Origin: Eubacteriales bacterium
Lineage (GTDB): Bacteria; Bacillota; Clostridia; Oscillospirales; CAG-272
Assembly: GCA_045593885.1 (NCBI GenBank)
Contig: JAZNXN010000022.1
Location: 22,511-86,510, forward strand
Direction: 5' to 3'
DNA length: 64,000 nt
In this document: positions 18,514 to 28,171 of the stretch, piece by piece
Position numbering within the stretch: position 1 is the first letter of the stretch
How the letters are laid out: each line of letters opens with the position of its first letter
Notes under the pieces: generated by a model
Told to the model about the DNA's origin: nothing
What the model saw: only the letters and a program-made list of their open reading frames with translations
The model's database searches: none
Translations under genes and position numbers: made by a program

Positions 18514-19410
18514 TCACACCTCCCCGAACCAACGGATAGGCTTTATCGCCATGCCGTTTTCATATTCCCTCACCTCGCCGAGCGCGAAAAAGCCACGGTC
18601 GTCGCTCATTCGCACGATCTCACCTAACGAAAGGCTCACGCCTATCTTTTTAAGATATATTTCGAGTCCGTGACGGGCAAGGCGGGCAAAGAACGGCTCC
18701 AGCCTTATCTCTCTGTACTTATCGAACAGCCTGTCCGTCGGAATAACGAGCGACTCGCGCTCATTTTCACTCATATTTTCAAGCTCGTCAAGGGTATAAG
18801 CGGCTGAAATATGAAAGCCTGCGCTTTCCACACGCATAAGCGAGCTCATAGCCGCACCGCAGCCGAGCGCGCGCCCGATATCCGCACAAACCGTGCGTAT
18901 GTAGGTACCCTTCGAGCATTCGATATCCAGCCTGTATTCGCGCTCGCTCAGCCTCTCGGCTGTGAGCGAGTAGACGGTGATTTTTCTCGGCTCGCGGGGG
19001 ACAGCTTTTCCGTCACGGGCAAGCTCCATCAGCTTTTTTCCGCCAACCTTTATCGCGGAATACATAGGGGGTATCTGCATAATCTCGCCAACCATTTTCT
19101 CGGCGCACGCGAAAAGCTCCTTTTCCGATGGGATTAAATCGCTCTCTGCAACAACCGTTCCCGTCGTATCCTCGGTGTCGGTTTCTAATCCGAGGCGAAG
19201 GGTTGCTATATAATGCTTCTTTGAATCCATTAGGAAATCGCTCGCCCTCGATGCACGGCCGAGCATTACGGGCAGAACTCCCGTAGCCATAGGGTCGAGT
19301 GTGCCTGTGTGCCCTGCCTTCTTTGCGCCAAAGAGCCTTTTCACCCTTGTAACGACACCCTGCGAGGTTATGCCCTCACCCTTGTTTATAACGATTACCC
19401 CATCCTTCAT
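18514..19410 (-). CDS. truB: tRNA pseudouridine(55) synthase TruB
   Basis: Catalytic motif GHTGTLDPMATGVLPV and a PUA-like C-terminus. Confidence 0.9.
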   Translation of the reverse strand: MKDGVIVINKGEGITSQGVVTRVKRLFGAKKAGHTGTLDPMATGVLPVMLGRASRASDFLMDSKKHYIATLRLGLETDTEDTTGTVVAESDLIPSEKELFACAEKMVGEIMQIPPMYSAIKVGGKKLMELARDGKAVPREPRKITVYSLTAERLSEREYRLDIECSKGTYIRTVCADIGRALGCGAAMSSLMRVESAGFHISAAYTLDELENMSENERESLVIPTDRLFDKYREIRLEPFFARLARHGLEIYLKKIGVSLSLGEIVRMSDDRGFFALGEVREYENGMAIKPIRWFGEV

Positions 19411-19413
19411 TTT

Positions 19414-20478
19414 CTATCCCCTGTATATTCTGTGAACTCTTTTTCCTATCGCCGTCAATTGCTCGTAGGGGGTCATACCCGACAGAACCGACAGCGCTCT
19501 CGTATTTTTCCCCTTTTTGTCAAAAATGCACCCGTATTCGCCAACAGAAATTTTCGCGTCACGGGGTAGCATAACCATACATAAATCCATACATATTTTG
19601 CCGACGATTTTCCCCTTACAGCTCTCAAAAAGCACCGAGCCGCCCGTATACGCACGCAGAAGTCCATCGGCATACCCTATCGAAAGGGTGGCAATTTTTA
19701 CATCTCTGTCTGCGACAAAATCCGCCCCGTACCCCACGTAATCACCCGCGCGGATATCTCGTATCCACACAACGCGCGCGTAAAGCGTCATAACGGGAAG
19801 AAATCCAGACTGCACGCAGGCGTGACCGTACAGAGCCATACCCACACGCACCGCACAGAAGCCCTGCGCGCCGTACCTCTGCACCCCTGCGCTGTTTGAT
19901 ATATGCGTAATCAGCCCCTGATTTGTAAAGGAAGCAATAGCCCTCTTAAAGCTCGCTATCTGCTCCATGCTCCGTCGGTCCTCGCGCATATCCGCACAGC
20001 ATAAATGCGAGTACGCACCGCATATATCGAGTGATTTATGAGAGAGCGCAAAATCAATAGCCCCCTCATCCTCGGGCGAGTAGCCGAGTCTGTTCATACC
20101 GCTGTTTATCGCTATATGCGCCCGTATCGGCAAACGGCCGCCGAGCGCCGAGACAATATGCTCCGTGTATTGCGGTGAGAGAAGGGAAATTATAATTCGG
20201 CTTTCCGCCAACGTCCTCACATAGCCTGCGGGCACGTAGCCGAGCACTAAAATTTCAGAATCGCTGATACGCCTCAGCTCCAGCGCTTCCTCGGCGGTTG
20301 CAACGCAGAAAAAATCCGCGCCCGCGCTTTCAAGAGCTGATAGGCACTCCCTTGCCCCATGGCCGTAGGCATCCGCCTTGAGTGTGCAAATCACACGCGC
20401 CCGAGTCAGCGAGCATACCCGTCTGTAATTATCCCTGAGGCGGGATAGGTCTATTTCTGCAAACGCCCTCTTATTCAT
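19414..20478 (-). CDS. alr: alanine racemase
   Basis: The PLP-lysine motif TLKADAYGHGA and typical length and architecture. Confidence 0.9.
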   Translation of the reverse strand: MNKRAFAEIDLSRLRDNYRRVCSLTRARVICTLKADAYGHGARECLSALESAGADFFCVATAEEALELRRISDSEILVLGYVPAGYVRTLAESRIIISLLSPQYTEHIVSALGGRLPIRAHIAINSGMNRLGYSPEDEGAIDFALSHKSLDICGAYSHLCCADMREDRRSMEQIASFKRAIASFTNQGLITHISNSAGVQRYGAQGFCAVRVGMALYGHACVQSGFLPVMTLYARVVWIRDIRAGDYVGYGADFVADRDVKIATLSIGYADGLLRAYTGGSVLFESCKGKIVGKICMDLCMVMLPRDAKISVGEYGCIFDKKGKNTRALSVLSGMTPYEQLTAIGKRVHRIYRG

Positions 20479-20962
20479 ATCGCTCTATTATCTCAAGTGA
20501 CATAATATCGGTTCCGCTTGCAGAGGATATTTTCTTTATCCCCCCGCCCTCGTACACTATCTCGTAGGTCGAGCCCTCGTAGACAGCCGTCATTTTATCC
20601 TCGTCACGGCGAAATACCGCCGATGCGGGAATATCGAAAAGCTCGAATACCCTCGCGATTCCCACCGCATCCATTCCTGCGCTCACACCGTCGCAGGAAA
20701 CCTCTGTGCCGTCCTCTTTTATATCTATTCTTACCTCTGAAAGTGCCTCGGGCGAGGAAAGAATTATATATCTCTCGCGCTCGGAAAGGCGGTTGCCCTC
20801 GGAAATATAGAACCTACCCGTATAAACGCAGCCGTTAACCTCACACTCACCGTAGAAATTATGCTCCTCATACTGCATATCCACCGAATAAACGCTACCG
20901 CTTGAGCAGGACATAAGGAAAATGCCCAAAGAAATAAGAATCAAAGATAAAATCCGTCTCAT
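20471..20962 (-). CDS. putative lipoprotein, unknown function
   Basis: ATG 20962 lies behind GAGGTG. The signal peptide MRRILSLILISLGIFLMSCSS carries a lipobox (LMSC). It overlaps the alr start. Confidence 0.5.
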   Translation of the reverse strand: MRRILSLILISLGIFLMSCSSGSVYSVDMQYEEHNFYGECEVNGCVYTGRFYISEGNRLSERERYIILSSPEALSEVRIDIKEDGTEVSCDGVSAGMDAVGIARVFELFDIPASAVFRRDEDKMTAVYEGSTYEIVYEGGGIKKISSASGTDIMSLEIIERYE

Positions 20963-21172
20963 AAAAATCACCTCGGCACAACTATATGCACGCACGGCTC
21001 GTTCTCATAACGAAAAAGAGAGTAATTTTTACAACACATAAAACGGACGGGTTTTATATTTACAGTATACCACATATATTTATATTTTGCAATATTATAA
21101 TAATCCGCAGAATGCGACAATTATCGTAGATATATATTGCTATAATATCTCAAAAAAGGAAGGAAAAAGATT

Positions 21173-23602
21173 ATGGATACCAAGAAAAACGGTGAAAAAT
21201 ACAAGGAAATAAGTCTATCGGAAATGCTATCAACCGTGAAGGCGGCATACGGGGCGAGAGAAAACAAGCCACTTGAGCTTCTGTGCGACTTCATTATGCT
21301 GGGGGTTGCCCTTCTTCTCTCGCAGGCGCATATAGCCTTCGGGGTGTGCTCGCTGGGAATCTCCCTGCTCTGTGCGGCGGACCGTCGGGCTCTGCCGATT
21401 TTTATAGGGTGTCTTATCGGGGCGTTTGCGCTCCCTACCGGCAGGGACGGATATCTTATTATTTATTCGCTTATATTTCTTGCAAGAATAATAACCAGCA
21501 TGCCCCTTCGGGGCAGAGTGATTTTTCCGCGCTCTCAGGGCTTTTTTTCGGAAGCGCCGCAGATACGGATAGCGACAGCCTGCTTTGCGGGACTTGGCGC
21601 GGGAATATATGAGCTTATTATCAGTAATTTTGCGTACTACGCAATTCTTTTCTCGGCTGGAAGCGTGTTTTTCTCTGCCGTCGGCGCATTTCTGTTCTGT
21701 GGAATCTACACGGCAAAGATATCGCTGCCAATGCTGATATTTGAGCAAAGGCCCCTCGCGTTCAAAAAAATAAACACGAGAAATCTATTCACCTGGGCAT
21801 CAATTATAGCGCTGTGCGCTTCGGTGGTGCTCGCCCTTCGCTCACGAAGCTTTCTTGGACTAAACCTCGGCTTTTGTGCTATATCCTTTCTCTCGGTTCT
21901 GATGTCGAAGAAGGCAAACCCCATATGCGGTGCCCTGCTCGCTCTCATAGGGGGTGCCGTGTGCGACGCACGGTACATTCCGTCGTTTATAATACTCTCG
22001 GCTGTCAGCGGAATAATCACACATCTTGGCGAAATATATTCCCTTCTGTTCGGCATATTCCTCTCGGTTATATACGCAACGCTCACCTACTCGCTCACAG
22101 GTTTTCTTGATATTATGCCGACGGTTGTTATCCCATCCCTTCTTGTATGGCCGCTTTTCAACAGCAAGCAGAAAAAGGAAACAGGCGAGCAAAAAGAAAA
22201 AAGGGACAAGGTCGGCACCGAGACCGCCGAGCAATATATGCGCCTGAACAAGCTATCCTCTGTTTTCTCCGACCTTTCCCGAGTGTTTTACGATGCGTCG
22301 GACAAGACCAGCCGCCCTGCAATCTCAGAATATTTCGGCGCGTGCGACTCGATATGTAACAGGTGGTGCAAAAAATGCTCCGAGAAAAACGAATGCTGGG
22401 AAAGCGGAGATAAATCCGCCTACCGCGCAATGCAGGGGATATCCGAAAGACTGTACAAGCGCGGAATAACCGACAAGGACTGTATCCCTAAGGCTCTGTC
22501 TAAAAAATGCCCGCATATTGATGAAATAGTGAAGGAAATAAGGGAGAGCTGCGCCACCCTCACGCGCGAGAAGCAGAAGGGGGATAAGAGCGCGCTCATC
22601 GCATTTGATTACGAGATGATAGCAAAGCTGCTGTCCGAGAGCGCAAAAAACGATATGCTCGATATGCGTAGGGACGATAAGCTGTCAGAGGAGCTGTCAT
22701 TTGCGCTTGAAAACGATTTCGGCATAAGGGTGAGCAAGCTCGACGTATGCGGAAAAAGGAACAGAAAAATTTCAATTTACCTTCAAAACGTAGCCCCCCT
22801 GTTTGAATGTGAGGGCGCAGTGTGCACAAAATTCTCTCAGCTCTGCGGCTCCCCGATAGGCAGGCTGACCGTTCCCGATATCAGATACCCCTCGCATGTA
22901 ACTATGCAAACCCTGCCGAAATTCTCACTTGAATTTGATTATGCGAAGGACTCGGCATCAAATACCGAAATGTCGGGTGACAGTATCGTATCCTTCCGCA
23001 ACTCAGACGGATTTTCATACGCGATACTCTCCGACGGAATGGGCAGCGGCGAGGAGGCGGCGTTTACCTCGGATTTTTCTAACCTGTTCCTCGAAAAAAT
23101 GCTCGGCGCGGGAATGAGCAAAACCACCTCGATACGAATGCTTAATAACTTTTTAAGGTATAAGGACGGCGAATGCTCCTCAACCGTCGACTTGTTTGAA
23201 TTTGACACCCTGACGGGCAAGGCTTCGTTTGTAAAAAGCGGGGCAGCCCCCTCTATCGTAAAGAGAGGCAGCGGTATATTCAGAATAAAATCGCAAACTA
23301 TGCCGATAGGGCTTCTTCACTCGATAGATGCGGAGAAGACCGACATCTCGCTTCAGGGCGGTGACACGGTGATTATGCTCTCCGACGGAATCAGTCAGAG
23401 CTGTGACGAGAAATGGCTGATATCCGCTATCGCAGATATAGATGCGCGCACCTCGGCAAAGGATATCGCCGCAAATATTCTTAAGGAAGCAAAGGAAAAC
23501 TCGAATAAATCAGACGATATGACCGTCGGCATTATAAAAATATCCGCCCTGCCAACCGCGGTGGAAATTACCGAAATGGGCGAGGGCGTGGCAGTAATTT
23601 AG
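21173..23602 (+). CDS. spoIIE: stage II sporulation protein E (SpoIIE), polytopic membrane PP2C phosphatase
   Basis: About 10 N-terminal TM segments and a C-terminal PP2C domain (SGDSIVSF...AILSDGMGSGEEAA...MLSDGI...DDMTV). Confidence 0.9.
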   Translation: MDTKKNGEKYKEISLSEMLSTVKAAYGARENKPLELLCDFIMLGVALLLSQAHIAFGVCSLGISLLCAADRRALPIFIGCLIGAFALPTGRDGYLIIYSLIFLARIITSMPLRGRVIFPRSQGFFSEAPQIRIATACFAGLGAGIYELIISNFAYYAILFSAGSVFFSAVGAFLFCGIYTAKISLPMLIFEQRPLAFKKINTRNLFTWASIIALCASVVLALRSRSFLGLNLGFCAISFLSVLMSKKANPICGALLALIGGAVCDARYIPSFIILSAVSGIITHLGEIYSLLFGIFLSVIYATLTYSLTGFLDIMPTVVIPSLLVWPLFNSKQKKETGEQKEKRDKVGTETAEQYMRLNKLSSVFSDLSRVFYDASDKTSRPAISEYFGACDSICNRWCKKCSEKNECWESGDKSAYRAMQGISERLYKRGITDKDCIPKALSKKCPHIDEIVKEIRESCATLTREKQKGDKSALIAFDYEMIAKLLSESAKNDMLDMRRDDKLSEELSFALENDFGIRVSKLDVCGKRNRKISIYLQNVAPLFECEGAVCTKFSQLCGSPIGRLTVPDIRYPSHVTMQTLPKFSLEFDYAKDSASNTEMSGDSIVSFRNSDGFSYAILSDGMGSGEEAAFTSDFSNLFLEKMLGAGMSKTTSIRMLNNFLRYKDGECSSTVDLFEFDTLTGKASFVKSGAAPSIVKRGSGIFRIKSQTMPIGLLHSIDAEKTDISLQGGDTVIMLSDGISQSCDEKWLISAIADIDARTSAKDIAANILKEAKENSNKSDDMTVGIIKISALPTAVEITEMGEGVAVI

Positions 23603-23650
23603 AAATAATCAACAGACAACCAAAAATCGCCATTTACCCCAAAACTAAAA

Positions 23651-23686
23651 AGAGGGCTCAATAAATGAAGTGAACCCTCTTTTCTT
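23651..23686. terminator. bidirectional terminator-like hairpin between convergent genes
   Basis: AGAGGGCTCA (23651-23660) pairs with TGAACCCTCT (23671-23680) with one mismatch, followed by TTTCTT. Confidence 0.5.
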
Positions 23687-23717
23687 ATGCCTTTAATTAT
23701 CAAAATGCACGAATCAG

Positions 23718-24616
23718 CTATATCAGCTCCAGCATATACGACTTTACCGTGCGGTGCATATCAGAGCCTCGTATCAGGGCGGCTGCCTCTCGCTTGCTAT
23801 CGCACCCTTCTACCGCGCGCCGGAGCCTTGCGCGCTCACCCTCGTTTTCGCCCTCGCAGTATTGCAGAACTCTGAGCACGTGCTGCCTTACGAGCGAAAG
23901 CTCGGACGGCTTTTCATATTTCACCGTAACGGTATACTCCTTTGAGGTGTCCATAGTAAAGCTCACGCGCAGGCATTTGTTTTCCCTTGTGTCAAACAGA
24001 GTGCCTTTTCCGTTCTCCTTTACCTCAACCTCTCCGTAGGGTATGTTGAGAAAACGCACGGTTATGCTGCGCTTTTCGGGCAAAACGTTGTGCTTTTTGT
24101 CGGATTTTATCGAAAATTTCTGTCCGCATTTGTAAACCTTTGTTGACATTTGGGTAAAATCAGCGCCATTTTCGCCGTTTTTCGACACAACTCCGTTTTC
24201 AAGCTCAATGTCGTATACCGAATCCGCCCTGTCGGGATCTCACAAAACTCTGTGATGTGTTCCGTCGCAGCAGTCAAGACACCAGTACGTGCCGAGCAGA
24301 TTTTCGGAATTGTCGAGTGCTACCTCTTTTCCGTCGATAATAACGTACGAGCCTTCGTCGCTATCCGCAACGGCGAGTGTTACCGCCCCGTGCCTATGTA
24401 TACGGTGCTGCCGCTTTCCCTTACGGAATAATCCACGGGCGCAAAATCACGGAAGAATACCGCAGCGGTCGCTTCGTCGCAGAACTCTCCCCTCTCGCTT
24501 CTCTCTATGCGAAAAAGCCTGTCGGACAAAACGCTGATCCGTAAATTTTTCCACAGAACCGCGTTCATTTCATTTACAAGCGGCCTTGCTTTGATCGCTA
24601 AGTGAGGATTAAGCAT
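23718..24616 (-). pseudogene. decayed GH31-like glycoside hydrolase: frameshift, in-frame stop and loss of the catalytic core
   Basis: An intact RBS and ATG at 24616 give a GH31-type N-terminus (NLRISVLSDRLFRIERSERGEFCDEATAAVFFRDF). A frameshift follows at about 24380-24395, and a TGA at 24242-24240 falls inside ..NLLGTYWCLDCCDG..*..VYDIELENGVV. Only about 300 codons remain and no (beta/alpha)8 catalytic motifs are visible. Confidence 0.5.
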
Positions 24617-24632
24617 AAAAAGCTCCTTAACC

Positions 24633-25568
24633 TTAATAATTCACGAAAACGTTTACTCCGTCAACGTCTGCACCGTCGGCAAGCACACCGCGGCACCTTA
24701 CCGCGTCAACACCGCAGATTTTTACGCACCTGCTGTTTTCAACAATGACGGCGCGCTCAACCATTTCGGCGAGCAGGTTTTCTATTACCACTCCCTCTGA
24801 ATCCGACACAAAAATCGCGGGGGAGCTTATCTGTATATCGTGTATTCCTATCTCAGAGAGCTCCGTGTTTTTACAACCTACAAGCGAAATCGAGCAATCG
24901 GCAGTTGCTTTCACTCCGTGCTGCTCCGAGTCACTTGCCTTCTGCGTTTTTCCGCGCAGGGTACAGAGTGTTGCCGATATGTCCTCGCAGTCCTGAAGGT
25001 CAATGCCCTTGCCCGAGGTATATATGCACACCGAGCTTATATTTATATTCCTTCCGCCGCGTACGGCTATTCCTCTGCCTATTCCGAGCATTTCGGTATC
25101 CCTGACCGATATATTATCGCCCTCTGCGTTTATTATAACAGCACCGTCCATATTCTCGGCAGGCACCGTTAACCCCTTGTAATAGGGGGTTGCAAGGATG
25201 CTTACGCGCTCAACGGTCAGATTATCCCTTGCCTTGATTATATTTTTGTGAGTGCCCCTCACGTTGATTCTCAGATCGCGTACCGTAGCACCGCTCTCAC
25301 ACTCTAAAAGATTCCATTCTCTGCCGTCCTTATCCTGCTGATAAAGCTGGGTGCCGTTTTCGGATATACCGCACAGAGTAACGCTTTTTGGAATACGAAG
25401 GGTTTTATCTATGTAAAATGCGCCTCTGTCAAGGGCAACCGTACCGCCGACAGCGCCCATTTCGTCAAGCGCCCTCTGTATTATATCACTTGCCGCGTAT
25501 TCCGGCTCGGCGGGAGTTTCGTAATATCTTTCGTCTATCAGAGGATATACTACCTTATAATTTTTCAT
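24633..25568 (-). CDS. right-handed parallel beta-helix (pectate-lyase-fold) protein, no signal peptide
   Basis: The N-terminal motif AASDIIQRALDEMGAVGGTVALDRGAFYIDKTLRIP resembles the pectate_lyase_3/GH55-like start. Repetitive beta-helix coils follow. ATGA overlap with the upstream gene. Confidence 0.55.
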   Translation of the reverse strand: MKNYKVVYPLIDERYYETPAEPEYAASDIIQRALDEMGAVGGTVALDRGAFYIDKTLRIPKSVTLCGISENGTQLYQQDKDGREWNLLECESGATVRDLRINVRGTHKNIIKARDNLTVERVSILATPYYKGLTVPAENMDGAVIINAEGDNISVRDTEMLGIGRGIAVRGGRNINISSVCIYTSGKGIDLQDCEDISATLCTLRGKTQKASDSEQHGVKATADCSISLVGCKNTELSEIGIHDIQISSPAIFVSDSEGVVIENLLAEMVERAVIVENSRCVKICGVDAVRCRGVLADGADVDGVNVFVNY

Positions 25569-28138
25569 ATCCTTTCACCCACCTTATCGTTTTCGAGCTT
25601 ATACATAAACATAGGAATTCTTATATTCATAAGCCTGTTTTTACGGATAACGTAATTCTCGGGGAAATATATAGTGGGCCTTTCAACAAACTTGCCCCTG
25701 CCGAGCTCTATTCCCGTGTAGCTGTTGAGAATATCGTTTTTCTCCATTATAACGCCAAATGTCGCGCCCGTATTGGATAGCCTTGTGTTGCTGTACAGTC
25801 TGTTTCTCTTGACCGTTATTCCCATTGTAGGACGCACGTTGTCGTCAATATTAACGCTTGCGCTGACAGAAACCGCCGAATGTCCCTGATAGCTGATTCC
25901 GCGCACGTTTGAGAGCACTGTGTTATCAACAATATCGGTCATAAAATTGACCTCGCACAATGTGAGCTCCCTGCCATTTATATCCTTTATCAAGAGGTTG
26001 GACGCCGCCGTAAAGCCGCCTGCGTTTTTGGATATGTTCCTCGCCACTATCGAGTACCAGTTAGGCGGATAGGGCTGTACGCACACTCCCGCCTCGGTCA
26101 TATTGTTGTCGGTTATGATATGTCTGCCGTTGAAGGCGCCAACCGAAAACACGGAATTTTCATCGGGCATTATATCCCACTCTCTGTCTATCGTGAGTGC
26201 CAGCGAGCTTACGTCTATTACGTTACGGCACTGACCTAAGCCCCTGCCCTTTACGATTATAACGCAGATTCCGCCGTACCATTCGCGGTCTTTCTTTATC
26301 GAAAACGCCTTGTAGGCGCGCACATTGCCCTTCGTATACATCCACCGATACGGAGAATCGGTAATCTGGGGGTTGGAAAGGCAGGTCATATTCGTGCCGT
26401 CAACCTTCATTTTACCGTAATAATACATACCGTGGTCGTCGTAGGTAAATGCCTCACGGTCATTGTGCAGGGTATGAAGAAGCGTGTTATACGCAACATA
26501 GTTCATATAGCTGCCAAGGCCTGAAAGCTGTACGGCGATAGACGCGCTGCCCTGAACGTGAATTGTAGTGAGGAAATTGTTTTCCACTATCGTTCTGTGG
26601 CACGCGCGCGTGAATATTGAGGAATCGGGAGATTTTACCGTGCAGTTACGGAACACACTGTACTCGCACATTGCATACACAACCCCAAGGAAATGCGCGT
26701 ATATCTCGCATCCGTCAACGACGAGATTCTTCACGCCCTCTGCGGATACGGCGAGTTCGGTGGTTGCCCGTCCGTTATGGTTGGGGAGATAATCGAGCGC
26801 AGGCATTATGAGGGTATTATACATACGCACTCCGTCGCCGTTTATCTGTACGAGATATCCCGATTCACTCTTGAAGAATACGAGTGAGAGATTATCCATA
26901 ACCGAATTCTCGCGCATATCGACCATCTCGTGCATATGTATCCTTGCGCCGCCCTTTTCTTTGCATTTAAGGGTTACGTTTTGTGGAATTTTGAGCATAC
27001 CGAGAACGGTGTACTCGCCGTTTGCGAGAATGAGCGTGCCGCCCCCGCTTTTTCCGAGCGTGTTCAGCGCAGACTGTATTTCGGCCTTCATATCCGTGTC
27101 CTTTGGGGACATTTCAATAACCGTGCCAAAAGCAGGTCGTGGCGGTATCACCTCAACCTTATCGTGATACGTCCATACGGCATTTCCGCCGTAGCCGTTA
27201 TTTACGTAAATCTTATAATTTCCCTTTTTAATTTTCCTTGGCAGCCTCACCTTAACGCAATATCCGTCGTAAAAATAGGGACTAAGAATATGCGCCGTGC
27301 CTTTATCCGAGAGCAGCATAACGCGCGAGGTGTCAAAGGACATTGCGTTACCCATTATCTGAAGCGTGCCGCCCTCGCTCGCGTTTTCGCCCTCGTCCCC
27401 CATAAACCACCACGCATTCGGCGAGTTTACGTCGATTTCGTTTGAGTATCCGCGGCTGTTTTTAACTCTTACGCGGAATACGCCCATTTTCATATCCGCG
27501 GGAATTATAAACATTATATTCGTGTCGGTTACTATTGTGGGCTTTACCTCTCTTTTATCCTCTAAGAGCGCATCGTCGCCGCTTTGGTCGGATATTCTCG
27601 ATATTTCAACCGTGCTGTCCGCCTCGAAATTAACGCCTATCATATTGACGGTTTCATCGGGGTATACGGTATTGTTCTGCCAATACAAGCATACAGGACC
27701 GTCCGCCTTTTTTTCGGGCGACAGGTAGCAGCCGTCGCTGATATCTACGGTTTCGCGGTTGAGGTACTCAAGCACGTCGATTTTGCGGCGCATTGCGTAA
27801 TCGTCTACCGTAAACTCAGAGGGTGTCATATCCTCTCTCGCGCCGTACTCGTCAAAATAGAAATCCACCGCCAGCCTTATAGAATCGCAGCCCGAGCCCT
27901 CGAAGGTCAGAATACCGTCAAGCACCGACACACCGCCGTCATTTTCCTTGAAATTTGCAGGGTTATCCGCAAATTCAATAAATAGCTCATCCCCCTCACA
28001 AAAATCGCGAAGCTCAAGTCCGAGCCTTTCCCTTGCAAGACGGCGGAATTCATCCCGCCCTCTTTTTTCCGCCACACTCTCCTCGCTATTTATCCTGAGC
28101 GAGTATTCGGAAAGCATAGCTCCACACAGCCTTTTCAT
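25565..28138 (-). CDS. 857-aa multidomain beta-helix protein (two Ig/IPT-like modules plus a pectate-lyase-fold domain), no signal peptide
   Basis: Strong RBS AAGGAG. The central motif IQSALNTLGKSGGGTLILANGEYTVLGMLKIP is paralogous to the downstream gene's N-terminus, and a long repetitive C-terminal half follows. Confidence 0.55.
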   Translation of the reverse strand: MKRLCGAMLSEYSLRINSEESVAEKRGRDEFRRLARERLGLELRDFCEGDELFIEFADNPANFKENDGGVSVLDGILTFEGSGCDSIRLAVDFYFDEYGAREDMTPSEFTVDDYAMRRKIDVLEYLNRETVDISDGCYLSPEKKADGPVCLYWQNNTVYPDETVNMIGVNFEADSTVEISRISDQSGDDALLEDKREVKPTIVTDTNIMFIIPADMKMGVFRVRVKNSRGYSNEIDVNSPNAWWFMGDEGENASEGGTLQIMGNAMSFDTSRVMLLSDKGTAHILSPYFYDGYCVKVRLPRKIKKGNYKIYVNNGYGGNAVWTYHDKVEVIPPRPAFGTVIEMSPKDTDMKAEIQSALNTLGKSGGGTLILANGEYTVLGMLKIPQNVTLKCKEKGGARIHMHEMVDMRENSVMDNLSLVFFKSESGYLVQINGDGVRMYNTLIMPALDYLPNHNGRATTELAVSAEGVKNLVVDGCEIYAHFLGVVYAMCEYSVFRNCTVKSPDSSIFTRACHRTIVENNFLTTIHVQGSASIAVQLSGLGSYMNYVAYNTLLHTLHNDREAFTYDDHGMYYYGKMKVDGTNMTCLSNPQITDSPYRWMYTKGNVRAYKAFSIKKDREWYGGICVIIVKGRGLGQCRNVIDVSSLALTIDREWDIMPDENSVFSVGAFNGRHIITDNNMTEAGVCVQPYPPNWYSIVARNISKNAGGFTAASNLLIKDINGRELTLCEVNFMTDIVDNTVLSNVRGISYQGHSAVSVSASVNIDDNVRPTMGITVKRNRLYSNTRLSNTGATFGVIMEKNDILNSYTGIELGRGKFVERPTIYFPENYVIRKNRLMNIRIPMFMYKLENDKVGERI

Positions 28139-28171
28139 ATTTTTTCTCCTTTATATATCTTTATTGTGTGT

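Noticed and set aside
20996-21172. An AT-rich block upstream of spoIIE, considered as a possible origin or unwinding element.
   Set aside because: It is the promoter region of spoIIE, with a TATAAT at about 21143 and a near Spo0A box at about 21111. It has no linkage to dnaA and there is no strand-bias switch here.
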